This document shows, in pieces, positions 1 through 12,442 of a stretch of DNA of 64,000 nt. The notes under the pieces are model-generated. The model searched no databases and was not told the DNA's origin. It was given only the letters and a program-made list of their open reading frames with translations. Position 1 is the stretch's first letter, and every line of letters begins with the position of its first letter. The translations under genes were made by a program, and so were the position numbers. The stretch comes from Torpedo marmorata (lineage: Eukaryota): the NCBI GenBank assembly GCA_977017645.1, contig OZ360222.1, positions 162,254,001 through 162,318,000 of the forward strand, given 5' to 3'.

Positions 1-657
1 CACCCCGAAGAGCATTAAATATATCAGAATATGTGCCTCTCTCAACTTCTTGATTTAAATGTTCCCCTTTTCCGAGACAGCTTGATAAAACTGACAACTT
101 AAATATCTTCTACTATCTGCACTCCTACTTGCAGTCACATCACTCAGGAAGTGATGCTGAGTGGGTGCACTGGAAAAGTAAATTTTTACAGACCTCTGTT
201 TTTACCAGGCTCACAACAGTGCAAAATGTGTTGCACATTGAGCGTTTATTTTAAGAACGCCAATATTTGTTCTTAGAACAGATTATTCTGTTTGCACTTA
301 AGTAATAGCTAAATTACATTTTCTAATGAATCATAACTGTCCATTTCCTTCCATTAACTCATTAAAGACAATGAGTACATTTCGGAATGTAATTTAATGA
401 AAGAATTTTTTTACTTATGAATATTTTTGTCCAATTACACTTAAAGGATGATCTTCTCTAGGATATCGCATAAAGTTACATTCCAAGTATGATTTGTACA
501 TTGCCTGTTTTGAAATTGGCCTTCCAGCAGTTATATTGGTACTTATAGTGATGAAATATTAGTTTGGAATTTAATTGTTTACCCCTACTTCAGCATTATC
601 AGATTGTAAATGTATACATAAATAATTCCAACTAATGTTTGTAATTTTTGCTTCCAG

Positions 658-812
658 AGATCCTTTCATCATTTTATCAGGAGGATTATCCTACGATACA
701 GTAGGTAGAAGACCATGCCTGACAGTGATGCACGGGAAGAGCACTGCGGTACTTGAAATGGACTACCCAATTGTTGACTTTCTCACCCTCTGTGAAACGC
801 CATATCCAAGTG
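658..812 (+). CDS. STXBP5: Tomosyn-1 internal exon (DPFIILSGGLSYDTVGRRPCLTVMHGKSTAVLEMDYPIVDFLTLCETPYPS)
   Basis: ttccag|A acceptor, G|gtgagt donor; peptide near-identical to recalled vertebrate STXBP5; phase joins the next exon (G+AT=Asp). Confidence 0.95.
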
Positions 813-1004
813 GTGAGTTTATGATCTTGTTTGCATCAATAGTGGCAGCTCTGTATTCGTCACTACCTGTCCTTGAAGTTCACATAAATATTAGTCACGT
901 GTATTTGCTCTATTAATATAAAAATTGCAAATGGAAACTGACTGTTGAAGCAAATTCTAGATATACAGTTAGCTCTTCACATGGAAAAATAAAGGACATT
1001 TATT

Positions 1005-1250
1005 TCTCTTGTGCTTTTCACAAACTCAGAATACCTCAAAGTTCTCTGAAGCCAGTGGGTGTTCTTGTTGAAGTATAATCACTCTGTAATTTATAATAAT
1101 ATGGCTGTCATTTTGCACAAGGCAGCTGCAACAGTAAGAAGAAAATGAAATAGATTATATGACTTTGATGATTTGTGGTTGAGGGATAAATATTGGTCCG
1201 GTCAGAATGAAGAACCTGCTCTTTCCTTTCATTGTGCCATTTTACATTCA
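1005..1250 (-). mobile_element. Degenerate Deu-domain SINE (SacSINE1/AmnSINE1-like)
   Basis: gttgagggataaatattgg, gaagtataatcactctgtaat and ttttgcacaag motifs; related to the copies at ~4495 and ~27740. Confidence 0.6.
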
Positions 1251-1374
1251 TAAAGTCATATAGAACAGAAACAGGCCCTTGGCCTCATCATGTCCATGCT
1301 GACCATCAAGCCTCCAGAATGTAATTTGAACCCATGACTCTGACTTAGTAGTGAATACTCTCTTGGTCTAAGCT

Positions 1375-1503
1375 TGAGCTTCCTGTAGCCAACCATTTCA
1401 ACTTCCCAACAATTCCTACATTGACATGTGTGACCTTGGTCTCATCCATTGTCAGGGGTAAAGCCAAACATAAACTTGAGAACAGCACATCATATTTACA
1501 TTG
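1375..1503 (+). mobile_element. Penelope-like element, GIY-YIG C-terminal remnant (5' part)
   Basis: decayed PVANHFN…GLIHCQG…KL.EQH.IF reading; cut off by the Rex1 insertion. Confidence 0.6.
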
Positions 1504-1510
1504 AAGATTG

Positions 1511-2485
1511 ATATTTACACCTATGACTGTGTGGCTCGTTACGACAACATCATTTACAAATTTGCTGATGATACCACGGCAGTGGGCTGTATAGAAAGTG
1601 GTGATAAGTCAGCATACAGGAGGGAGATTGTACACCATTCAGCTAAGTTTTCAATCTCGCACTCAATGTCACCAAGACCAAGGAGCTGATTGTAGAATTT
1701 CGGAAAGGAAAACCAGAGGTGTACGATTCAGTGATCATTGGGGGATCAGAGGTGGAGAAGGTGAACAAATATAAATTCCTGAGTGTCAATATCTTGGAGG
1801 ATCCTGGACCCATCATGCCAATGGCATCATGAAGAAAGCACGTCAGCGCCTCTACTTCCTCAGGAGTTTGCGGAGTTTAGGTATGTCATCGGAAACCTTG
1901 GCAAACTTCTGCAGATGTGTAGTGGAAAGTGTGCTGACTGGCTGCATTACGGTCTGGTATGGGGCACCAATACCTCTGAGTGAAAACCCCTGCAACAGGT
2001 AGTGGACACAGCCCAGTACATCACAGGCAAACTCTCGCCACCATTGAGAACATCTACATGGAACACTGCTGTCGGAGAGCAGCAGTAATCATCAAGGATC
2101 CACACCACACAGGACATGCTCTGTTCTTGCTGCTGCCATCAGGAAAGTGGAATAGGTGCCACAGGACTTGTCCCACCAGGTTCAGGAACAGTTGCTACCC
2201 CTCAACCATCAGACTCCTAAACAACAGACTCAATCAGAGACTCATTTAAGGAGTCTTACTTTGCACATTATTTATTACTGATTTTTTTTCTGTATTTGCA
2301 CAGTCAGTTTGCTTACATTTCTGTCTTTGCTTACATTTCTCACTTTTTTTATCCATATCTTTCTCTTGAGTGCAGTTTATAGTTACCGTTAAGTATAAAT
2401 TCTGCCTGGCCCGCAGGAAAAAGAATCTGAAGGTTGTCCGTGATGTCATGAAGTACTCTGACAATAAATTTGAATTTTGAATTTT
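1511..2485 (+). mobile_element. Rex1/Babar-type LINE 3' fragment
   Basis: YTYDCVA…YKFADDTT RT motif, KDPHH.GH.LF.LLPSG C-terminus, 3' UTR ending aataaa(tttgaa)n; frameshifted. Confidence 0.85.
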
Positions 2486-2818
2486 CAAATTTTAGGTAAT
2501 CCCCATCCACATCTGATTCCACTATTTCCATTGCTTTACCTACTGTACTTTTCTCTCTCTCTCTCTCTCTCTCTCAAACTTTACTTTCGCTAGCCCACTT
2601 CCTAATGGTTTCTTCATCCACCTGTCTCTCAATCTCCCACAGCTCTGTCCAAAACTCTTTCCTCTGGGGCCCCTCCCCCAGCTTCATTCCCCCTTTTTGT
2701 AGGTAATTTCACCAAACATATCTTAGTCTTGATCAGGTTCAAAGGCAAAATATTGATTGACCATTTCTGCCCATAGGTGCTGTGTGACCTGCTGAATTCC
2801 TCCAGCAATCGACGTGTG
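2486..2818 (+). mobile_element. Penelope-like element terminal repeat (continuation after Rex1), includes (CT)n at 2552-2575
   Basis: pyrimidine-rich UTR followed by gacctgctgaattcctccagca, shared with the other PLE termini in the window. Confidence 0.55.
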
Positions 2819-3699
2819 AGGTTTCCAGTTCAGCCATGGCTGAAATTAGAAATAAAGCCAAGTAGCTTTGCTGGGTATTACTTGTCCCAGAAGTAGGCTT
2901 GCTTTCTTTAGCTGCGCCTGCATTTCATTTTAACCTTTTTATTTATTTTTTTAATGTGAGAAAAAGAAATCAGGAAAAAATGTTATTCAACCCCAGTCGC
3001 TGTATACTAACTGTTATAGTGAAATATCAACCTGTGATTATATTGAGAGCCTGCTTGGGTCTAATAATTGGCATTACTGCTTTGCTGTATGGTGAACTTT
3101 CATAGATGTTTGTGCTTGAATCAAACTTGCTTTTTGATAGGAGTGTTTTTTGTAAACCTTGTCTTCCCAACTGCATGATCAAGGAGGATTTTGGAACAGG
3201 TGAATTGATATCTCACCAGGGACTTTACCCTTAACAATATGGGTTATGTAGTAATACATGCACTGAATTTTTGTTTGCATCTCTATCAGTGACTGAAAAA
3301 TTACTTGGTAATCAGAACCTTGTGTTCAGAACATTTTTTTTCAAATGACCTGGAATTTAATAAAATTATCTTAAGTTTTAGCCGCCAATTATATAATGTT
3401 AGTATTTTATTAAAGCCCTCAATTAGGATTACCAAGCATGAATCATTTTTAAGGTTTGATCAGAAGCTTGCCTTGGAGTATTAAATTTGAGAATATTCCA
3501 ATTCCGCCTCAGAGTTGCCAAGTGGAGGGATTTCTGTTCATAGGCTACCAAATTTCAGGCGAGAGGTTGTGATTTTTAGAGAGAAAGGTGAGGTTGAACT
3601 GGATAACATCAACTCAAATGTGGAATCTGATTGTCGGCAGATGGTGCCACCCAGAGAGAGCAAAGAGGAACAGGCAAAGGGTGGATCTTTGTGGAGTCA

Positions 3700-4135
3700 A
3701 CAGAAGTAATTGCAGAAACTGGAAAGGGAAGCCATGGCCTATGTTTGATTCCATGGTTGTAATAGGGTAGACAATATTGGGGGAAAAAAACTGTAGTCCC
3801 ATCAGCTTCATGTCAGCAGAGAAGCATTCTAGGAGAGAGGTGTGGTACTGTGTCATGGGCTGTGGACTTGTCGACAAAGGCAAAGAGAGGTTGATTACTG
3901 CTGTCACAGGCAGACAAAACATCATTTGATTTTGAGGAGTCTTTTTTTACTTTTACACAAAGGGTGGTGGGTGTATGGAACAAGCTGCTAGAGGAGGAGG
4001 TTGAGGCAGGTACTATTGCAACATTTAAGAAACATTTAGACGGATAAATCAAGAGGATAAGTTTCAAGGGATATGGGCCAAATGCAGGCAGGTGAGACTC
4101 GTGTGGGTGGAGCATTTTGGTTGGTGTGAGCAGGT
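3700..4135 (+). mobile_element. Degenerate CR1 LINE fragments with 3' end
   Basis: ttttacacaaagggtggtgggtgtatggaac (FTQRVVGVWN) and CR1-type 3' UTR. Confidence 0.7.
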
Positions 4136-4494
4136 TGCTCTATGACTACTTGTTTGGTACTAAAGCAGGAAGAATCCAAATTGAAAAATTCATAAAGTGT
4201 TCTGAGAAATATGAGCACAGAGTATAAAGGGTAAGGAATGAAAGGGCAAGTAGATTGGAGATGGACCTTTAGTTTGCAGAGACTGGAGTAGTGGAAGAGG
4301 TGGTCTAAGAGGTTCCTATTTGAAAAGAGGGGTCTTGAAGGTAGGTGAGGTTGAGAACTGGTTGGGGTGAGAGAGGGGAAGGTATTAACAACACTAGTTA
4401 GTGTGAATGCAGTGAAGGGAAATCAATGGCCATTCAAAACGGCAGGCCTGCATTTGTATTGTTCCACTCACAATGTTTGGAGGCAGGAAAGTGG

Positions 4495-4770
4495 ACATTG
4501 CAATACAGTTCGTTTTGTAATCTGGGAAATGTAGCATCCAATTTGTGCACAAGTTCACATAAGCATTAGTTTAATAATTGTCAGATAATTTTGTGATGGT
4601 CTTGACTGAGGAGTATAAGTTGGCCAGATAACTACTGTGAAAGATCTTTGCAATCTCTAATGTTGACTTGAGAGAGCAGATGGCCCTCAGTTTAATATCT
4701 CATCCAAATGATAGTACTTCCCACTGCAGTACTTTGGTATTGTCAGCCTGGGCTTCTGTCTCAACTCTGT
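4495..4770 (-). mobile_element. Deu-domain SINE remnant
   Basis: gagagagcagatggccctcagtttaatatctcatccaaa…gtcagcctgg matches the recalled DeuSINE reverse complement. Confidence 0.65.
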
Positions 4771-6138
4771 GTTGAGAGAATACAGGGTGTGTCTTTTATC
4801 TGGGATGGGCCTGGTAAGGACATGAGGGCATGAGAGATGATGAAGGAGAAAGTGAAGAAAGATGCAAATTCAGAGCAAGAGTGGAAAGGAATCAGAAATA
4901 AACTTAACAGACAAAGGAAAGGGGATGAAAGAGACAGCTGGATAGTTTATCTGCATGCACTTGTTAAAGAGGAAAACACAGAAAATTGGCATGACATCTG
5001 GGTGGATGACAGAGAAAGAGGGTGTTATGTGATGAGAGTTGTTGAACAAGGTGAAATGTTCAAAGGAATGGAAGCAGGACAGGACGGTGTTGAGAGCCAC
5101 ACTGCCACCGTGGTGGTTTTGGCACTGTGAAGGGAAAGAAGATATAGCCAGGCAGGGAAACTTCATTTTGAACTTGCATAAACATAAGCTTTCTGTGAAG
5201 GCTATGATGTTAAATCAATCACAGTTCAATGTAATATTTTACTCAGTTATCAAGAGCTGTGCAAGTACTGGAAATGCCTTTCTTTATGAAACAAACAATG
5301 ATTTCACAGGTGTAATAAAAGAAAGTTATGAAACAAATGTGGCACCATTTTAGAGAATGTGAGGCAGCACGCTCGTTTTGTTAGAGTAAAGGTCAAATTT
5401 TTGCTGTTCATGTAATCTAACCAGAAGTAGAATTGAGTTATTGAAGGAATCTGCCAATGAAAGTATGAACCACAAGATTGCTCTGAGACAATAAAAAATA
5501 TGGATGATCTCAGAAATAGAAATGGAAGTGCTGGAGTCCTTGTTGTGCACCTCAACCCTACCTTTGGGTTATTCCTTGCATATGGTGCAGTGTTGCTCAG
5601 ATCCCTTTGCATGCTTACCCATCCAATTCTGTGGATACTTACCTGATGCAAATATTCACCCTCTACTGTGTGCATGTGTATTAATGCCCACTACTTCCAG
5701 CTTTTTCCTGTGTTCTGAACAGTCTAGCACTGCCTTTTTTGTGGTTACATTCTGAAGTCTATGATGCAGAAACTATTAATCGGCTGTTATATTGCATGTG
5801 ATTGCTCTTTAAACAGAAACCCTGTGTTCCACCAGCCAAATTTTCTGCCTCTTCATTTCAAATGTACTGTCCCTGGGTACAATCAGATCAAGAGGTTTCT
5901 TGAACTGACACCACTTTGTGATGAACTTAAGATCATTTCTCCACTTTTTTTTAAATTTTAACCCCACTGGCATCATACTCTTTCTTCACACAAAATAATT
6001 TGCCTTGGCTTGACTGTGCAACCCCTTTAGCTCCATCAACTCCAACAGGAGCCAGATCAACAACTTCAAATGCTACTTAATGTGGAAACGATGGTTAATT
6101 CATTGAAAACACTGTTGGACTCAAAGTACATTGAAATA

Positions 6139-6865
6139 CAGTAGAATCCCCATTATCCGGAATTCAATCAACCGGAAACCCAAACAACTGGCAAAAAAGA
6201 AGAAAATAAATAAATAAATAAAATTTAGGATCGATAAGAATAAGTAAAAGTCTAACTAAAAGTTTAAAATGGTAAAAGTAAATGTTCTCCGAAGCAACAC
6301 ACAACCCCTTGGTGAAGGTGGGAGCTAACATTCAGCCAGCAGAGCGCCCCGGTCGTGCTCTGCCCGCAGCAGCTGTTTGAATAAAGTTGTGTTGAATAAA
6401 ATGGCGGCACCCAGGATGAAGAGCCGGCCGATACCACTCACCGTTGGGGCGACTCTCCCAAGTGTCTCCCTATCCCTGCCTAGTCAGAATCTTTTTCGAA
6501 TTAGGTATATTAGTAAGGCGTTATCTGTAAACTTAGGAAAGGGCGGGTTAATTATGACAGCGGCACAGTTAGCGTAGCGGCTAGCACAGCGCTTTTACAG
6601 CACCAGCGATCAGAGTTCGAATTTAAATTTTGCAAGTTATAGGAATTACCTGATGATTAAAGTGAACTTTACATAATTAAATATTACAATACTGATTTTT
6701 TTTTTTCAAATTACTTTACATTTTGCACTATCTTTTGTCTTTTAAACTGTGTATTAATGCAGGTGTATTAGTTAGGCATTGTAACAGTGTGTCTCAGTTA
6801 ACCGGAAAATTTGCATATGCGGCATCCGCGGACCCCGTAGATGCTGGATAATGAGGATTGTACTG
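6139..6865. mobile_element. Tigger/pogo-type non-autonomous DNA transposon with a tRNA-SINE head inside (~6558-6625)
   Basis: TIRs CAGTAGAATCCCCATTATCC / GGATAATGAGGATTGTACTG, TA on both sides. Confidence 0.85.
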
Positions 6866-7154
6866 TATATGAATGAAAATGTCAGTGCTCCTGTCTCTTG
6901 GTTCTTCCTGGTAAAGAAGAACTTTTAAAACTTGACTTCCGACAATTCCAGTTTCATTCAATGGAGAATTATAAAAGTGTTGATATTCTTTTCTACTTTT
7001 AGTGAAAAATTTCAGGATTAGAATTCAATTTTGCTTATTTAATATTAAAAAAAAGGAATTTGCAGTTCAATTATAGCCCAATTTCTGAAAATTGATTCAC
7101 CAGTCAGATGGTACGTTACTAGTTTATTTGATTTGTTTTTCATTTTTACTGCAG

Positions 7155-7227
7155 ATTTTCAGGATCCATATGCGGTCGTTGTCCTTCTGGAAAAGAAGTT
7201 GGTAGTTGTAGATCTTGGACAAAATGG
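7155..7227 (+). CDS. STXBP5: Tomosyn-1 exon (DFQDPYAVVVLLEKKLVVVDLGQNG)
   Basis: ctgcag|AT acceptor, GG|gtaaga donor; frame continuous with both flanking exons. Confidence 0.95.
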
Positions 7228-8449
7228 GTAAGATTCAATTTGGTATTGACATATATTGTAATGACCATTTATCGCTAGTTCACAAAAAATCGATTAAATT
7301 GTTCATGTGGCAGTTTACTTCATTTTTTTAACTTGGAGGTACCCAAATTGATGGGATATTGCACAAGCAGCTATTGTGGAGCTGTTGTTATTCAACTGAT
7401 TTAGACAATTCAATCATTGAGATAGGCAACTAAATTTCCAAGATTGGCAGTAACACAAAAATTGGCAACTTTGCAAGCAGTGTAGCTGGAAGCATTTTTA
7501 ACAAAGAAATGTCAATGGTTTCAAGGTGCAAAATAGCAAATGGATTTCATTTAGATCAAAAGTTTTACATTTGCAGGCAGAAGGATTAAACAGTTCTATC
7601 TAAATATAGAAAAGCTAAACGCAGTGGAGCATCAAAGATACCAGAGATTCCAGACATCATTAAAATGGTGCAGCTTCAGAAAATAGCATCAAGAAGTCTG
7701 GAGTACAAAGGGTTAGAAACTATGGTTCTAGATATACAATGGCCAGGTTTTATCACACCAGTGAAAAATTATGGGCCCTGTACTGAGGGTTCCACAAGAT
7801 TTATTTGAATGGTAACAATAGTAAATTACAAAGAGTTCTCACACCACTCGAGTGCTGCCTGTGGCACTTAAAGATTTATGGGAATTTAACTGAAGTTTTC
7901 AAGACATCATGGAATTGATGGAAGTTATTTTCACTGGTGTGGAGTCTAGAACAATGGGTCTTGGTTATTTAGGACTTAACTTTAAGAAATACTTCTATGC
8001 GCAGATGGTGAAAAAAATACTTAACTCTTTTCTGCCTTGGCCTGATGGTTTTGGTGTCACATTTTGTTCATCAATGTGAATTTAATTTTCTACCCATTAT
8101 TCAGTTAAACCTGAATATTTCAGTCTATTTGATAAGTGTTCGTGGTTCTTGAAGGCCTCATTTAAAAAGTGCTCGTAATAGTAGGAGGAAGTGTTTAACC
8201 ATTAGTTAGTGGAAGAAAATGGAAAACCTCAATTTATGGGCAAATCCTAAGCAAAAGGCACTCTAGATGTTTGCAACATTCATATTTTCCTATTTCAATA
8301 TTTGAAATGAATTCCTCTGAAAAGTCTAAATTAAGATCAAAGGTACTGAATTATTGACGCAAAGTAATTTAAGCATTTCATTTTAATGTAAAGCTTGACA
8401 CTGTTTCCTTTAAAACTAGTTAATGCATGTTGATATTTTTGTCTTCCAG

Positions 8450-8597
8450 TTACCCTATATTTGAGAACCCTTACCCTTTGGATATACATGAATCGCCTGT
8501 CACCTGCTGCGAGTATTTTGCTGACTGCCCTGTTGACTTAATTCCTGCACTTTATTCTGTAGGGGCAAAGCAGAAGCGGCAAGGATACAGTAAAAAG
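8450..8597 (+). CDS. STXBP5: Tomosyn-1 exon (YPIFENPYPLDIHESPVTCCEYFADCPVDLIPALYSVGAKQKRQGYSKK)
   Basis: ttccag|T acceptor, AAG|gtttca donor; strong STXBP5 similarity; overlaps ORF 8427..8624. Confidence 0.93.
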
Positions 8598-9379
8598 GTT
8601 TCAAATTTGTTTTTGTTATTCTAAAAGCACCATTGTTTGTTCAACTAAGCACTTCTCTTGTATTTTCAATCACTTTTACACAACTTTGCATGCAATGTCC
8701 TTGTTATTCAGAGTGCGTTATTGAAAGAGTAATATCTCATAAAGTATTCTGTGCTTCTGCCAACTTTGTGAAGAGGCAATCTCTGAATTTCTGATTACCC
8801 CAGTCTAATTTAGTTTATTTATATTCAGATCTTCTCTTCATTGTTCAGTAGTTTCTTCTTGAAAGTTGGTGTTTACTAGATTTAATTTTGATGGTCTTTA
8901 CACAGTACCTTAATTGTTACTGATGCACACAAAGTTATAAAGTGGACAAGTATCTTCTTCATGCATTAATATACTTACTGACTGCCTGTCTGTATCCAGC
9001 ATTTTTTTCTGCTTTCATCAACATTTTTTTGAATAAATCTACAATGTAGCACATGATCAAATAGGCTGAATGACCTCATGAGCTACACAGCCTTCCACTG
9101 TTCTGTTTCAGTTTACCTACGTTCAGTGCGACTTCACTTCTTGACTGAGAGCTTGACTGTGTCTTCTGCTACATTGTATTTTGTATTTGTTGTTTTCTAT
9201 AGAAAGTGAAATGGAAGCATGAACCTTCCTGCAGATCCCAGTGAGGAGTATAGTTCTCTTGTCCATTAGAACTATCCTTGATGGTTGGAATAGTTTCTGG
9301 TTCATATAATATGTGACGAGTCTCTTTTTCAACAAGAAATTATCATGCTTCCCATGTTTATTTTCATTATATCTTCTAG

Positions 9380-9447
9380 GAATGGCCTATCAATGGAGGA
9401 AATTGGGGTTTGGGCACTCAGAGCTACCCAGAGATAATTATTACAGG
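9380..9447 (+). CDS. STXBP5: Tomosyn-1 exon (EWPINGGNWGLGTQSYPEIIITG)
   Basis: ttctag|GAA acceptor, GG|gtaagt donor. Confidence 0.95.
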
Positions 9448-9809
9448 GTAAGTAAGCAACATTCAGTCCCATAGCAGATTTTATTTCAGTTTGAGTCGTA
9501 GTACTATTCTGTATTGTTTGTGCTTCAAAAAGAAAAAAAACAGACACTTGTAGATTGGTCGTTATTGGTTAAAATTAAGAAGTAGAAGTGGATTTAAGTC
9601 TATTCAGGGAATTGGTTGTATGCCTCCTGTCACACCTATATGCTGGTAGAGATTAAATGTATGTAGCAAAGGCAGTATTGTTTGAATGGCTGAGAAAAAA
9701 ACATTCTTGCTAGTATTTGAAAAGTAGTGTATTTCTTATGTGGTCCAGAGAGTTTTCTGTTGATAGTACAGACTGAAACTCTGTTACATTGCAGGCTCCA
9801 TTTTGACAT

Positions 9810-9960
9810 TTAAGAAAAATTTGGATAGGTGCATGGATGGAAGGAGTATGGAGGGTTATGGTCCGGGTGCAGGTCATAGGGACAAGGCAGAATAATAATT
9901 TGGCACAGCCTAGATGGGCTAAAGGGCCTATTTCTATGCTGTTGTGTTTTATGGTTCTCT
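9810..9960 (+). mobile_element. CR1 3' tail fragment
   Basis: tttaagaaaaatttggataggtgcatggat…gggcctatttctatgctg; similar to 27244-27400. Confidence 0.75.
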
Positions 9961-10680
9961 AGTCTGGTATCCTTGGGACCTGACAACAGAAATGTCCTTG
10001 CACACAAACATATGCCTCACCCCTAGGCTTGTATATTTACTCTGCATAAGTGGTCTACTGCTGTGAACTGGCAACTGCAAATATCAATAAATGAGGTTGC
10101 CTTTTCAGTTTCCAAAGCAAATAAAATCCTTTAGTGGTTCGCCTATTTGAACCAGTGGACTACGGAACGTTGTCCTTGATGAACTAATTCAATTTTCAGT
10201 ATTTTTGTGGTTTTTTTCCCACAGAAATTCCATAAGAGAACATTTTTATTCCATATCTCAAATTTTGCTCATTCTGAAATATTTTGCTGATACAAAATGT
10301 TCGAACAGCCACCCTGGAAACTTGTAGCTGCTCTGGAAATAAATGACACCAAATTCAAAACCTGCTGGACCACAGGAGTTGCCAGATCACAGAATGCCAA
10401 AGCACAGAGTTTCAACCTGTGTTCCTCAGAAATAGAAAAGAGGTAGATTAAATAATGGGAATAAAATCAAGGTAACAGTTTAAGGGTGCATGAATAGGTA
10501 TATCTGGTTTTTACACTCCCACTTACAGGCAAAATGCCAGACTCAATATGTGAAAGAGAGAAATGCAAAATAGCTCCAAAGGTTCTCAAGGTAAGAGGAG
10601 GTGTCGCAGAATATGGACAAACCAGGTGATCAGTAAATCATGAGATGATCAAAGAAGAACTTTTTATGATACAGACTGGT

Positions 10681-10920
10681 GGGTGGCACAGTTAGCATGG
10701 TGGTTAGCGCAATGCCATTACAACGTCAGCGACCCAGGTTTGAATCCGCCGCTGTCTGTACATTCTCCCCGTGTTTGTATGGGTTTCCTCCAGGTGCTCT
10801 GGTTTCCTCCCACGTTCCAAAGATGTACAGGTTTGTAGATTAATTGGTCACATGGGTGTATTTGGGCGGCGCGGGCTCATGGGCCTGAAGGGCCTGTTAC
10901 CAGACTGTATTCTCTAGATT
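10681..10920 (+). mobile_element. tRNA-derived V-SINE (HE1-like)
   Basis: A/B-box-like head, V-domain ttctccccgtg…gggtttcctcc…ggtttcctcccac, CR1-like tail gaagggcctgtt. Confidence 0.85.
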
Positions 10921-11229
10921 AAAAAAAATATATAGATCCATTTTGTACCCCTGAGAGACAAGAGCTCAGTTTCTTAAAAACAAAAACCATGGGTGACTCA
11001 AGACCTAAGAGACAACATGAAACAAAAAGTGCAGCTCTGGAAAAATATAAAAGCTGGCACACAGACTGTGGATGAAGACAGTTGGGGAAAAGAAAGCAAA
11101 AGTTAATGAACAATTAAGAGTGACGAAAACTCAGCAAAGGTGATCAAAATCAGCACAATTATTTTGAGTGTTTTCAGTAGAAGAAGAGAATATGATGTCA
11201 TTTATCTGGGGAACCTAATGTATTCACTT

Positions 11230-11890
11230 ACATTAAAGCAGTCAGGAAAGGCTGAAGAACGAGCAAGTCAGGCACCATCTATTGACAGAAACAGTCAATG
11301 TTTCCTGCCCATGCCCTCAATGTAAGAACTTAAAAATTGAGAAGACAAGTAAGTTATCGAGGAGGAGAGACAGAGTGAATCAAGGGCATGTCTGCGAATG
11401 CGTGTAGACTAAAGTTTTCAAAGCAACCGTTATTTTAAGTTCTTGCACTTAAAAGTGGAAGAGAAAACAAACATGGATTGAAAATGAAATATCCACCAAT
11501 ACATCTGAGGAGAAAAAAGTTGGTTTCTGAGTTTATTATTGAGTCCCAAGGGTTGCAAATTTCCCAGACTGATGATGAGGTGCTGTTCCTTGCATTTGTC
11601 ATCATTGGAATAAGAGGCAGTGGCATAGAAGTTTATTGTCTATAGAGTCATTGTGTGTGAGTGGGATGAAGAATTAAAATGAAGGCATCTGGAAGCTCAG
11701 GGTCACTGTTGTTGACAAAATGAAGATGTTTTGCAAATAAAGGTCACCCAATCTGGGTTTGATTTCTACACTGTAAAGGAGACGTCAACATAAGCACTAA
11801 ATTGGAATAAGTGCAAGTGAATAACTGCTTCACCTGAAAGGATAGTTTGGGTTCAGGGATGGTGGGAAGGGAAGGTGTAAAAGGGCAACA
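11230..11890 (-). mobile_element. Penelope-like element GIY-YIG remnant
   Basis: reverse strand reads a decayed QVKQ.FTC…RLGD.FAKHL…HFNSSHSH segment. Confidence 0.6.
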
Positions 11891-12442
11891 TTGATGTATC
11901 TAACATAAGCTCATATAATGGCACTGAAGTGTACCAGACACTGCCCAGATGATGTCAGGGTTTTATAAGAACTCAGTGAACGCATTCCAGATTGGAACAA
12001 TAATAGTTTCTTCAATTTGAAAACAAAAATGCCTATATACCTCGGTTGTTTCAGGGATTTGAGAGAAAGAAACCACTAAATCGAACATTTCAATAAATTA
12101 CTTGCAGCCACAACTAAAAATAGTGACAGAACAATTTGACAATTTTCAGCACATAAGAAGGAGCCAGAACATCAAGTTGATGCTTGTGTGCAACATTGAG
12201 AGTGTGCCTCATTGTTGGTGACATTGTTTGATATCACATTTTTACTGTGGTTTGCTCGCCGCCCTGTGTCATGGAAAGTAAAAAGCAGGAATTTCTGTCA
12301 ATGTCCTGACATTTTTTTCATAGGTTTGTGTTGTTTAAATAATATCCCTTCATTATACTTTAAAAGTAAGATGAGAAAGGGGTTGGAGTGTTGAAATAAA
12401 AGTGACACAATATTCATGCAAAATTTGAAGTAGTTAAAGGTA

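Noticed and set aside
635-916. ORF-track entries overlapping exons (635..916, 8427..8624, 23524..23793, 27478..27678, 39943..40161) as standalone genes
   Set aside because: They are spliced exons plus intronic read-through; similarity stops at the AG/GT boundaries.
10681-10760. tRNA gene
   Set aside because: The A/B-box-like head runs into a V-domain and LINE tail, and no complete cloverleaf is evident; it is a SINE.
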